Part shown: positions 9,046 through 20,018 of the stretch, piece after piece
Layout of the letters: the number at the start of each line of letters is the position of its first letter
Position numbering within the stretch: the stretch's first letter is position 1
Source of the DNA: Acidimicrobiia bacterium
GTDB lineage: Bacteria > Actinomycetota > Acidimicrobiia > IMCC26256 > BP-133
Direction: 5' to 3'
Assembly: GCA_044867425.1 (NCBI GenBank)
Contig: JBIOUX010000220.1
Span: 4,942-68,941 of the forward strand
Length of the DNA: 64,000 nucleotides
Translations under genes and position numbers: made by a program
Notes under the pieces: generated by a model
Database searches by the model: none
The model's input: only the letters and a program-made list of their open reading frames with translations
Told to the model about the DNA's origin: nothing

Positions 9046-10257
9046 ATGAGGCCGAGGCCTTCCTTCCCGGTCCGAGTGCGCCGGCTGCTGACCGCCCTGG
9101 TGCTGGTGACGGCGGGCTGTGCGCAGGGGAGCGGTCCGGTGACGGCCGTCCGGGCCGGCAACGAGCTTGAGGCTCCGCAGCTGCCCGGGGTTCCCGGCGA
9201 GGAATTGCCGGACCTCCCGGGGGCGCCCGGGATCGAAGGGCCGGAGGTGCCGGGCGCCATCTCATCGGAGGGCGGGGGTGGGCCTTCGGCCGACGGGACG
9301 GGCTGCGGGCCGATGATCCTCTACGCCCTGGCCGCGCCCGGGGGGTCGCCGTCGGGCGTCGCCGCCGGAGACGCCGGTTCGGTGTGGTTCACCGACCCGG
9401 CGACCTCGTCCATCGGGCACCTCGAAGTGGACGGGACGGTCCGCCGCTACGCCCTCCTGCCGGGGCGCCGGCCCGGGCCGATTGCCAGGGCGGCCAACGG
9501 CGACCTGTGGTTCACGGACCAGTCCGGCCCCCGGATCGGCCGGATGACGCCCGCCGGGGTGGTGAGCGAATTCCCTCTGCCTACGGTGGAGGGCAATCCC
9601 ATGGGTATCGGCGGTGTCAACGCGGCCGCGTCAATCATCGCCGGCGGCGACGAGGCCATGTGGTTCACCGAGGCGGCCGCCGACAAGGTGGGCCGCATCA
9701 CTCCGGAGGGAGTCGTCTCCGAGTTTCCGCTGCCCCGCCGGGAGCGGATGCACGCCTACCCGACCGGCATCGCCGCCGGTCCCGACGGCGCCGTGTGGTT
9801 CAGCGAGCCGCTGTTCGGCATCATCGCCCGCATCGACGTGGGCACCCACGCCATCAAGGAGTTCCCCATCCCCCGCGACGGTCGGGGGGGTCTGGTGGGA
9901 ACCAACAGCCTCGCCGGCGGGCCGGCGGGAGCGCTGTGGTACGAGGACCCCGGCGCCTCGGCCATCGGCCGCTTGGGCACCGACGGGACCGTGCGCTCGT
10001 TCCGCCTCCCGAATCCCCTCTGGCAACCGCTGGCGGTCAGCGCCGGCCCCGACGGTCAGGTGTGGTTCCTGGAGACGTTCGACGGCACGGTGATCCGCAT
10101 GACCACCGACGGCCGCTTCAGCGGGTGGGCCACCGGCGAGGCGGCGGCCGGGATCGGCGCCGGCAGCGCCACCCAGATGGTCGCCGGCAGCGACGGCGCC
10201 ATGTGGTTCGCCGCGCCGGCGGGCAACCGGATCGGCCGCATCCCCTGCGGAGTCTGA
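9046..10257 (+). CDS. lipoprotein with Vgb (streptogramin lyase)-like beta-propeller repeats
   Basis: Lipobox LVLVTAGC after MRPRPSFPVRVRRLL. Repeated blades follow the pattern G(P)DG(A)(L/V)WFTE...IGRITP.G.V.EFPLP. Confidence 0.7.
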   Translation: MRPRPSFPVRVRRLLTALVLVTAGCAQGSGPVTAVRAGNELEAPQLPGVPGEELPDLPGAPGIEGPEVPGAISSEGGGGPSADGTGCGPMILYALAAPGGSPSGVAAGDAGSVWFTDPATSSIGHLEVDGTVRRYALLPGRRPGPIARAANGDLWFTDQSGPRIGRMTPAGVVSEFPLPTVEGNPMGIGGVNAAASIIAGGDEAMWFTEAAADKVGRITPEGVVSEFPLPRRERMHAYPTGIAAGPDGAVWFSEPLFGIIARIDVGTHAIKEFPIPRDGRGGLVGTNSLAGGPAGALWYEDPGASAIGRLGTDGTVRSFRLPNPLWQPLAVSAGPDGQVWFLETFDGTVIRMTTDGRFSGWATGEAAAGIGAGSATQMVAGSDGAMWFAAPAGNRIGRIPCGV

Positions 10258-10347
10258 CCCCGGCACCTCCCGTTCCGGCAACGCTTGGTTCACCGTTGCC
10301 CCTGGGTCATGCGAAGTTGCTTGAATGGGCGCCAAAGGTGGTGAGCG

Positions 10348-11346
<999 letters not shown>

Positions 11347-11351
11347 GAGTC

Positions 11352-12314
11352 CTAGGCCGGCACGTCCAGGGCGTCGAGACGGTCGGCGTAGAAGGCGATC
11401 CGGCCGGCGATGTCGGCCCGGCCCGGCAGCGGGTCCGGGTAGGCCCAGGCCATGTCGACGGCCTGCCGGTCGCCCACCTGGAGGCTCCAGTAGGAGGCTT
11501 CGCCCTTGAACGGGCAGCGGGTGTGGTGCTCGGTGGGCGTGAGCAGATCCATCCGGACGTCCTCCCTGGGGAAGTAGACGACCGGCGCCAGGCTCGCTTC
11601 CCGCAGCAGGAGGGCGTCGCTGCTCTGCGCCACGACCTCACCCCCCCACCGGGCGGACACCACCCCGTCGATCTTCTCGGTGGTGATGGAGTGGCCAGCC
11701 GGTGCCGGGTGGGGCGTGGATTGCTCGCTCCGGCGGGTCCAGGGGTATTCCAGGCGGGTCGCTTCCCGCTCGGCCGCCTCGGGGCCGGCCAGGCGCTCGA
11801 CGAGGCGCAGGGCCAGGTCGATCCCGCTGGTGACGCCACCGGCGGTGACCAGGTCACCGTCGTCGACCACCCGCTGGTCGAGCACCCGGGCGCCGGTGGC
11901 GGCCAGGTCGTCCACGGCACCGCGATGGGTGGTCGCCGGTCGGCCGCCCACCACCCCGGCGCGGGCCAGGAGCATGCCCCCGGTGCACACGCCGGCCATC
12001 ACGGTCCCCGAGTCCGCCGCCGCCTTGAGGAGGGGGAGCCAGTCCCCCCGCTCCGCTTCGCCCCACGCCCCGTGTTCGGTCCGGCTCCGCCAGCCGCCGC
12101 CGGGCACGACGAGGACGTCGGCGCCGGGCTGGTAGACGGCGTCGGCCCGCAGGGATAGGCCGTGGGCCCCCCGCACCTCGAGGGGTTCGGTCCGGCACAC
12201 CAGGCGGACGGTGAGGTCGGCTCCGGCCGCCGCCGCACCGCGCAGCACCTCGAGGGGGCCGACGACGTCGAGTTCGTCGACGCCTTCGTAAACGAGGATG
12301 TCGATGGTGGTCAT
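11352..12314 (-). CDS. DJ-1/PfpI family domain fused to a DUF427 domain
   Basis: ORF trimmed to MTTIDILVYEGVDELDVVGPLEVL. It has the DJ-1 nucleophile elbow AGVCTGGMLLARAG. The C-terminal ~100 aa read VVYFPREDV...HTRCPFKGEASYWSL...AFYADRLD, which is the DUF427 pattern. Confidence 0.7.
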   Translation of the reverse strand: MTTIDILVYEGVDELDVVGPLEVLRGAAAAGADLTVRLVCRTEPLEVRGAHGLSLRADAVYQPGADVLVVPGGGWRSRTEHGAWGEAERGDWLPLLKAAADSGTVMAGVCTGGMLLARAGVVGGRPATTHRGAVDDLAATGARVLDQRVVDDGDLVTAGGVTSGIDLALRLVERLAGPEAAEREATRLEYPWTRRSEQSTPHPAPAGHSITTEKIDGVVSARWGGEVVAQSSDALLLREASLAPVVYFPREDVRMDLLTPTEHHTRCPFKGEASYWSLQVGDRQAVDMAWAYPDPLPGRADIAGRIAFYADRLDALDVPA

Positions 12315-12411
12315 GGACCTGAACCTACCGGTCTTCGTGCCAGAGGGGTTCCCTCGGCCCCGATTGGGCAGAAGGAGAGCCACCAGACGTCACGACACGA
12401 GGAGTGAGGAC

Positions 12412-12546
12412 ATGGCAGAGACCACCACGCAGCCCCAGGCCGAGACCAGCGAGGAGAACAAGCCGGAGATGTGCTGCGACGGCCAGCAGACGGCCGAGGA
12501 GCACCGGAAGAGCTCCCCCGACGGGAAGTGCTGCATCGACGAATAA
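12412..12546 (+). CDS. 44-aa acidic peptide with two Cys-Cys pairs (unknown function)
   Basis: SD GAGGAG lies 8-9 nt upstream of the ATG. Sequence is MAETTTQPQAETSEENKPEMCCDGQQTAEEHRKSSPDGKCCIDE. Nearly every codon ends in G/C, as in neighbouring genes. A hairpin follows. Confidence 0.55.
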   Translation: MAETTTQPQAETSEENKPEMCCDGQQTAEEHRKSSPDGKCCIDE

Positions 12547-12558
12547 GGCCCAGATACT

Positions 12559-12598
12559 TGTGGGGTTCTTGCCAGCAATCACTGGCAGAAAACCCACA
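12559..12598. terminator. 17-bp imperfect hairpin between convergent genes
   Basis: TGTGGGGTTCTTGCCAG / CTGGCAGAAAACCCACA with a 6-nt loop, two mismatches and one G-U pair, in a locally AT-richer spacer. Confidence 0.5.
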
Positions 12599-12618
12599 GA
12601 AACGGCTGGCGCCCAGTC

Positions 12619-13542
12619 CTAGGGCGCCGGCGGGTCGGTCGACAACGCCCAGGCCAGGGCCGCTGCCCACCGGGCGTTGTCCTCCACCAGGGCGACGTTG
12701 GCGGCCACGCTGCGCCCGTCCGTCCCCGCCGCCACTCGCTCGAGCACGAAGGGAGTCACGGCCCCGCCGGTCACGCCGGCGGCGGCCGCCTCCTCCAGAG
12801 CCCGGGCCACGATCGGCTCCACCTCCTCAAGGGGCACCTCGTCGGTCTCGGGCACGGGAGCGGCGAAGAGGAGACCGCCCCGGTAGCCCAGGGCCCGGGC
12901 GGCCCTGACCACGTCCGCCGCCTCCTCGGCCGTCGCCACCCGGTGGGGCACGGCCAGGCCGCTGCGCCGGGAGTAGAAGGCGGGGAACTCGTCGGTGCCC
13001 AGGCCGACGACGGGCACGCCCAGGGTCTCGAGGCGCTCGAGGGTCCGGCCCAGGTCGAGGAACGACTTGGCCCCGGCGCACACGGTCGCCACCGGATGGC
13101 GGGCCAGGGCGATGAGGTCGGCGCTCTCGTCGCCGGTCCGGTCCCAGTCCCGGTGCACCCCGCCGATGGCGCCGGTGGCGAAGACAGGGATGCCGGCTGC
13201 CGCCGCCAGAGCCAGGGAGGCCGACACCGTGGTACCCGCCGCCGGCCAGCCCTGGGCCACGGCCACCGGAAGGTCGCGCTCCCCGACCTTGCGGACGGCG
13301 GACAGCACCGCCTCGAAGTCGGCTTCGCCGACGCCGATCCGGGCCACGCCGTCGAGCACGGCGGTCAGGGCGGGCAGCGCCCCGCCGGCGACCACCCCGT
13401 CCACCGACCGGCGCAACGCCTCCTTCCCCGCTGGGCCGGGCAGGCCGAGGCGGCTGAAGACGGTGGATTCCAGCGCCACGACCGGCGTCCCGGCGGCGAC
13501 GGCTGCTTCCACCTCGGGGGCGATCAGGAGGGCGGGAGGCAT
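12619..13542 (-). CDS. psuG: pseudouridine-5'-phosphate glycosidase
   Basis: Contains VVALESTVFS, TTVSASLALAAAAGIPVFATGAIGGVHR and VCAGAKSFLDLGRTLE, the IndA/PsuG family pattern. Confidence 0.85.
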   Translation of the reverse strand: MPPALLIAPEVEAAVAAGTPVVALESTVFSRLGLPGPAGKEALRRSVDGVVAGGALPALTAVLDGVARIGVGEADFEAVLSAVRKVGERDLPVAVAQGWPAAGTTVSASLALAAAAGIPVFATGAIGGVHRDWDRTGDESADLIALARHPVATVCAGAKSFLDLGRTLERLETLGVPVVGLGTDEFPAFYSRRSGLAVPHRVATAEEAADVVRAARALGYRGGLLFAAPVPETDEVPLEEVEPIVARALEEAAAAGVTGGAVTPFVLERVAAGTDGRSVAANVALVEDNARWAAALAWALSTDPPAP

Positions 13543-13574
13543 CCGGCCAGGCTAGGGGCCTACCGTCGTGGATC

Positions 13575-14138
13575 ATGAGTCCGGCTCCACGCAAGATCCC
13601 GACCCGATGCGTGGCCCTGCTGCGGGGCATCAACCTGGGGGCCAAGAACAAGGTGGCCATGCCGGCGCTGCGCGCACTGGTGGAGTCGCTGGGCCACGAG
13701 GACGTCGAGACCTACATCCAGAGCGGCAACGTCGTGTTCAGCGCTCCATCGGGGACGCCGGCCGACCTGGCCGCCGGGTTGGAGGCTGCCATCACCGCGG
13801 AGTTCGGCTTTCCGGTGCCGGTGGTGGTGCGGACCGCGAAGGACATGCAACGGGTCGCCGGTGCCAACCCCTTCCTCGCCGCCGGCGCCGACCCGTCCAC
13901 GCTGCACGTGGTGTTCCTGGGTTCGGCCCCGACCAGAGCGGCGGTGGCCAAGCTCGACCCCGACCGCTCGCCGGGAGACGAGTTCGCCGCCGCCGGTGCC
14001 GAGGCGTACCTGCACTGCCCCAACGGCTTCGGGCGCTCGAAGCTCGGCGTCGACTACTTCGAGCGGGTGCTGGGCGGGCCGGCCACCATCCGGAACTGGA
14101 AGACGGTCACCAGGTTGGTCGAGCTGAGCCGGGCCTAG
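13575..14138 (+). CDS. DUF1697 family protein
   Basis: Contains CVALLRGINLGAKNKVAMPALRALVESLGHEDVETYIQSGNVVF, with IRNWKTV near the C-terminus. Confidence 0.75.
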   Translation: MSPAPRKIPTRCVALLRGINLGAKNKVAMPALRALVESLGHEDVETYIQSGNVVFSAPSGTPADLAAGLEAAITAEFGFPVPVVVRTAKDMQRVAGANPFLAAGADPSTLHVVFLGSAPTRAAVAKLDPDRSPGDEFAAAGAEAYLHCPNGFGRSKLGVDYFERVLGGPATIRNWKTVTRLVELSRA

Positions 14139-14147
14139 TGTGACCCC

Positions 14148-15740
<1,593 letters not shown>

Positions 15741-15808
15741 CGACCCAAACCCGGCGTAGGTCCCACCCCAGCCTTGCCCTGGCGCGAAGGCGGCCACAGG
15801 CTGATCGC

Positions 15809-16639
15809 ATGCGAGTGGGAGGAACCCGGAGCGTTGGCGTGGTGAGCGAGCGGGTCGGCGGTGCAGGTCTCCTGGTCAGTCTCCTACTGGTCGGCGCGGC
15901 CGGCCTGGCGGCGTTTGGCGGAGGAGACCGAACCGGGCTCGTGACCACTTTCCTTGGCACCGCCGTCGTCGCCTTCGCCGTGGGCATGTTCGGCGTGCGA
16001 CGACGGGTGACCGGAGTCGGCGTCCGGGTTCCTCTCCTCGTTGCCTCGGCGGTCGCCGCCGTGGCCGTCATCGCCGGAACGGTCCTGCCCGTGTCGGGGG
16101 TCGTCCTGGCCATCCCGGTGGTCGTGCTCGCCGTCTTCGTCATCGCCCAGGGTGGCTGGCGCGTGGGTGATGCCGGGATCTTCGCCCTGCTTCTCGGCAT
16201 GGGGACGGGCGCCGGCTACATACTGGCCGCCACCTTCGATTCCGACACCGGCAGCTACGGCGACCAGGGCGCGCTGCTGCTCATCGCCCTGGGCGTGATG
16301 GCGTCCTGCGCCGCGGTAGCCCTGCACCGGGGGTGCGGCCGGCGGCTGCGGTGGGCATTGGTCCTTCCTCCGGCACTGGCCATGGCCGCGGCCGTGGGCG
16401 GTGCCGACCTGGTGGGGGACGCGGCCCTGTTGGTCTTCGGGCTGCCCGCCCTCCTCTCCCTGGCCGGCGCCTGGATGTGGATCGGCGTGGCCCTGGTGCG
16501 GGGGTCAGGGCAGATGCACCTGAACCGAGTTGCTGCGCCCGCTCTTGGTGAGAAACCGCTCCAGCTGAGGGCGGAAGTGCGGGTGGGTGACCGAGGCGAG
16601 GACGTTCTGGATCTCGAACTCCGTGCACTCCTCGACTGA
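15809..16639 (+). CDS. polytopic membrane protein, unknown function
   Basis: Tail of ORF 15356..16639 from MRVGGTRSVG, with 7 or more hydrophobic segments. The last 135 nt overlap the convergent enoyl-CoA hydratase gene. Confidence 0.5.
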   Translation: MRVGGTRSVGVVSERVGGAGLLVSLLLVGAAGLAAFGGGDRTGLVTTFLGTAVVAFAVGMFGVRRRVTGVGVRVPLLVASAVAAVAVIAGTVLPVSGVVLAIPVVVLAVFVIAQGGWRVGDAGIFALLLGMGTGAGYILAATFDSDTGSYGDQGALLLIALGVMASCAAVALHRGCGRRLRWALVLPPALAMAAAVGGADLVGDAALLVFGLPALLSLAGAWMWIGVALVRGSGQMHLNRVAAPALGEKPLQLRAEVRVGDRGEDVLDLELRALLD

Positions 16640-17314
16640 CTGGCGCCAGCCCATGTGGAAGCGGTCCTTGGCCATGGCCTGCAGGTGGGTGGGTGCGGCG
16701 GCGAGGTCGGTGGCGATCCGGGTCACGTGGGCGGCGAAGTCGGCGGCGGGGTAGACCCGGTTCACCAGCCCCCACTCCAGCGCCTCAGTGGCATCAAGCG
16801 TGCGGTTGGTCAGCATGAGCTCCATGGCCCGGCGCATCCCCACGATCCGGGCCAGGGAGTAGCTGGTGGCCGTGTCGTTGGCGATCCCGATCGAATGCCA
16901 GGCGCACACGAACCGGGCGCGGTCGGCGCACACGGCCAGGTCGGCGGCGAGGGAGATCCCGAAGCCGCCGCCGGCGGCGACGCCGTTCACCGCCGCCAGC
17001 ACCGGCTTGTGCAGCCGGATGATCCGGTGGAGCACCTGGTGCCACCACCGCGCCAGCTCGTCGAAATGCTCACGGACCTCGTCGTCGCTGCCGGTGGGGA
17101 TCTCCTTCAGGTCGAAGCCGGAGCAGAAGGCACTGCCGGCGCCGGTCAGGACCACGGCGCCGACGTCCTCCCGGACATCGCAGGCGGCCAGGGCGTGGAG
17201 GGTCTCCCGCAGCGCCACCCGGCCGAGGGCGTTGGCCCGCTCGGGGATCTGGAAGGTGATGGTGGCGGCGCCGCCACCATCCACGTCGAGCCGGATCTTC
17301 TCGTAGTCCTTCAC
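16505..17314 (-). CDS. enoyl-CoA hydratase/isomerase (crotonase) family protein
   Basis: GTG start preceded by GGGAGG. Contains VVLTGAGSAFCSGFDL and AAVNGVAAGGGFGISLAADL. Confidence 0.85.
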   Translation of the reverse strand: MKDYEKIRLDVDGGGAATITFQIPERANALGRVALRETLHALAACDVREDVGAVVLTGAGSAFCSGFDLKEIPTGSDDEVREHFDELARWWHQVLHRIIRLHKPVLAAVNGVAAGGGFGISLAADLAVCADRARFVCAWHSIGIANDTATSYSLARIVGMRRAMELMLTNRTLDATEALEWGLVNRVYPAADFAAHVTRIATDLAAAPTHLQAMAKDRFHMGWRQSVEECTEFEIQNVLASVTHPHFRPQLERFLTKSGRSNSVQVHLP

Positions 17315-17391
17315 GGTTGCCTCCCGCTGGTCGATGCCACCGGGAAGCATGCCTGGTGGCGGACCGGTCAGGGCAGGTACCCTCAAGAGCA

Positions 17392-18132
17392 ATGGGGAGG
17401 AGAGAGGGCTGGGGCCTCTCACCGATCGGTTGGGTGCTCGTCCATGTCATCGCCGTGGTCGAGCTGGCCACCATGGTCGGGCTGTGGCGGCCGTTGGGGA
17501 CCTTGGGGATGGTCCGCGTCTCCGCGTCCGTGGTGCCCGTACTGGTGCTCCTGGCTGTGTTCGGCTCCCGGCTCCACTCGGGCCGGTGGCTGCCGTTCCT
17601 GGTCTGGGCCGCAGCGATCGCCGCCGTCCCCGCCTGGTGCTACCCCGACCTCTTCGGCGGGCTGGGCGGGCTCTGCGGGTACGTCCTCGCCGCTCTCCAT
17701 GAGGAAGTGGTGTTCCGGGTCGCCCTTCCCCTCATCGTGTGGCGCATCCTCCGCCGGGCCGACTTCAGCCGGGGATGGTCGCGGGCCGGGGCCATCCTCG
17801 TCCCGGCCGCGCTGTTCTCCGTCCTGCCCAACCACCTCCGGCAGGCCGACTCCGTCCTCGGGGTGCTGCCCTTCTTCACCTTCGCCGTCCTCCTGGGTCT
17901 GCTGGTCCGGCGACCCGACGTGCTGCCCGCCGCCGCGCTGACCCACCTGGCGGTGAACCTGCTCACCATCCCCGTCCTCTCCGGCGCCGTGAGCCCCCTG
18001 GCCCGGACGGTGGCCGTCGCCGTCCTCCTCGGCACCTTCGCCTTCTGCGCCCTCTTCCTGTCCGGCGAGCCCGACCGGGGCGGAATACCGGCCGGCGGCA
18101 CCGGTGTTGGCTCTTGGGATCCCACTGTTTGA
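17392..18132 (+). CDS. CPBP family intramembrane glutamic endopeptidase (CAAX protease-like)
   Basis: Contains the HEEVVFRVALP (EExxxR) and THLAVNLL (HxxxN) motifs within multiple TM segments. Confidence 0.7.
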   Translation: MGRREGWGLSPIGWVLVHVIAVVELATMVGLWRPLGTLGMVRVSASVVPVLVLLAVFGSRLHSGRWLPFLVWAAAIAAVPAWCYPDLFGGLGGLCGYVLAALHEEVVFRVALPLIVWRILRRADFSRGWSRAGAILVPAALFSVLPNHLRQADSVLGVLPFFTFAVLLGLLVRRPDVLPAAALTHLAVNLLTIPVLSGAVSPLARTVAVAVLLGTFAFCALFLSGEPDRGGIPAGGTGVGSWDPTV

Positions 18133-18146
18133 CCAGGAGCTTTCCC

Positions 18147-18506
18147 GTGCCCACCATCGCCTTGACCCAGGACACCTTCAGCGACACCGTCGCCGGCAAG
18201 GACATCGTGCTCGTGGACTGGTGGGCCTCGTGGTGCGGGCCGTGCCGGAGCTTCGCTCCCGTGTTCGAAGCGGCCGCCGAGGAGCACCCCGACGTCATCT
18301 TCGGCAAGGTCGACACGGAAGCCGAAGCCGAGCTGTCCGGCGCCGCTCGGATCGCCTCGATCCCCACGATCATGGCCTTCCGGGAGGGGATCCTGGTCTA
18401 CCGCCAGTCCGGCGCCCTCCCGCCCGCCGCCGTCGACGAGCTCATCAGCAAGGTCCGGGCCCTGGACATGGACGAGGTCCGCCGGATGGTGACCGTCGGC
18501 CAGTAA
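18147..18506 (+). CDS. trxA: thioredoxin
   Basis: GTG start after CAGGAG. The active site is WWASWCGPCR. Confidence 0.9.
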   Translation: MPTIALTQDTFSDTVAGKDIVLVDWWASWCGPCRSFAPVFEAAAEEHPDVIFGKVDTEAEAELSGAARIASIPTIMAFREGILVYRQSGALPPAAVDELISKVRALDMDEVRRMVTVGQ

Positions 18507-18512
18507 CCAAGG

Positions 18513-18905
18513 TCAGCCGGTGTAGCCCCCGCTGCCGTAGGGGCGGGTGAGGATCTCGAGGAAGTGGCCGCTCGGGTCCTCGAAGTACACCCCGCGCCCG
18601 CCGTCCCGGGTGTTGATCTCCCCGGGGTGCTGGCGGAAGGGATCGGCCCAGTAGGCGAGCCCGCGCTCCTGGATGCGGCCGAAGATCTCGTCGAACTCGC
18701 CCTCCGTGATGAGGAAGGCGTAGTGCTGGGACGTGATGTCGCCGTCGGCATCGATGAAGTCGAGGGTGACGTCGTTGTCGACCTCGACCCCCAGGAAGGG
18801 GCCGAAAGGCTTGGGCGCCGGCAGACCCAGGATCTCGGAGAGGAAGGTGGCCGAGACGTGCTTGTCCCGGGCCGAGACGATGGTGTGGTTCAGCTGAACG
18901 GTCAC
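18513..18905 (-). CDS. VOC (glyoxalase/bleomycin resistance) family protein
   Basis: GTG start after AAAGGAG. Sequence begins VTVQLNHTIVSARDK and includes HYAFLITEGEFDEIFGRI and YFEDPSGHFLEI. Confidence 0.75.
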   Translation of the reverse strand: MTVQLNHTIVSARDKHVSATFLSEILGLPAPKPFGPFLGVEVDNDVTLDFIDADGDITSQHYAFLITEGEFDEIFGRIQERGLAYWADPFRQHPGEINTRDGGRGVYFEDPSGHFLEILTRPYGSGGYTG

Positions 18906-18939
18906 GGCCGGGACGCTCCTTTCCAAGCGCCGCAGGCGC

Positions 18940-19221
18940 TCAGTCCACCGGAAGCCGGGACAGTAGCTCGGTCTTCTTCTCCTCGAACTCCTCCAGGTCG
19001 ATCGTCCCGGCTTCGAAGCGCTCATGGACGATCTCGACCATGCGCAGGAGCTCGGCGGGGGAAAGGGGCTTCAACTCTTCGCTGGGCTCGGCCTGGGTGT
19101 CGAGTTCCGGCTCGTTGGCAGCCGCGGCGCGCTCCTCCCGGCGGGCCCGCTTGGCCGCCGCTTTGGCCTTCTTCTGCCGCTCACGCTGCAGCTTCTCGAA
19201 GCTGGTTCGTTGTACGCCCAT
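18940..19221 (-). CDS. small charged protein with a SHOCT-like C-terminus
   Basis: Lys/Glu-rich and non-degenerate. The C-terminal AELLRMVEIVHERFEAGTIDLEEFEEKKTELLSRL resembles the SHOCT motif. Confidence 0.6.
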   Translation of the reverse strand: MGVQRTSFEKLQRERQKKAKAAAKRARREERAAAANEPELDTQAEPSEELKPLSPAELLRMVEIVHERFEAGTIDLEEFEEKKTELLSRLPVD

Positions 19222-19409
19222 ACCGGATCCTCACCGTCGGGAATCCCCCGTCCTTTGGCCTCCACCATAGAGGTCCATACCCGGTAATGGTCCGCATTCC
19301 CACCCCGGCGGTGCTCCGAGGGGTCGCATGGCGCCACTCCAAGGGTCGTCTCGCGCCCAACTGGGTAGTGGCTCAGGTGACCGTGATCCGGAACACCTAG
19401 GGTGGAAAC

Positions 19410-19898
19410 GTGCAAACCAGACCGGTCCAACGCCTTCTTGTCTCCCCGCTGGTCCTCCCGCCGGTCCGCCTCCTGGCCGGCCTGGCCGCCGCCGTCGCCA
19501 TGACGGTCGGTCTGATGTCGTGCGGCTCGGATGAGGGCAAGCCCCCCGCCACGGCGTCGGCTGCCTTCAGCCGCCTCGACCCCGAGCAGTTCGCCGCCCG
19601 GATGGGCGACGCCGCCCAGGTGATCAACGTCCACGTCCCCTACGAGGGCGAGCTGGAACACACCGACGCCTTCATCCCTTTCGACCGCATCCTGGGTGAC
19701 GACCGGCTGACGGCTGACAAGCGCTCCGAGGTGTTCCTCTACTGCAAGTCCGGGCGCATGTCGGAGATCGCCGGGAACGCCCTCAACCAGGCCGGCTACA
19801 CCAACGTCTCCCACCTCGAAGGCGGCATGAAGGCGTGGGAGGCGGCGGGCAAGCCGCTCCTCCACCAGCAGACCGAGACTCCAACCGACAACCATTAG
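19410..19898 (+). CDS. rhodanese-domain lipoprotein
   Basis: Signal and lipobox-like AVAMTVGLMSCG. The rhodanese active-site loop is YCKSGRMS. Confidence 0.75.
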   Translation: MQTRPVQRLLVSPLVLPPVRLLAGLAAAVAMTVGLMSCGSDEGKPPATASAAFSRLDPEQFAARMGDAAQVINVHVPYEGELEHTDAFIPFDRILGDDRLTADKRSEVFLYCKSGRMSEIAGNALNQAGYTNVSHLEGGMKAWEAAGKPLLHQQTETPTDNH

Positions 19899-20018
19899 CC
19901 ACGCTCCGTCCGACAGCCAGTGTCGGCACCGATACAATGAAGTGGCTGGTTGTCCCCTCGGGTCGACGGCCAGTCACTGTGGCGCCTGCCATGCGTCCCG
20001 AGTCCCGTATGGCCCCGG

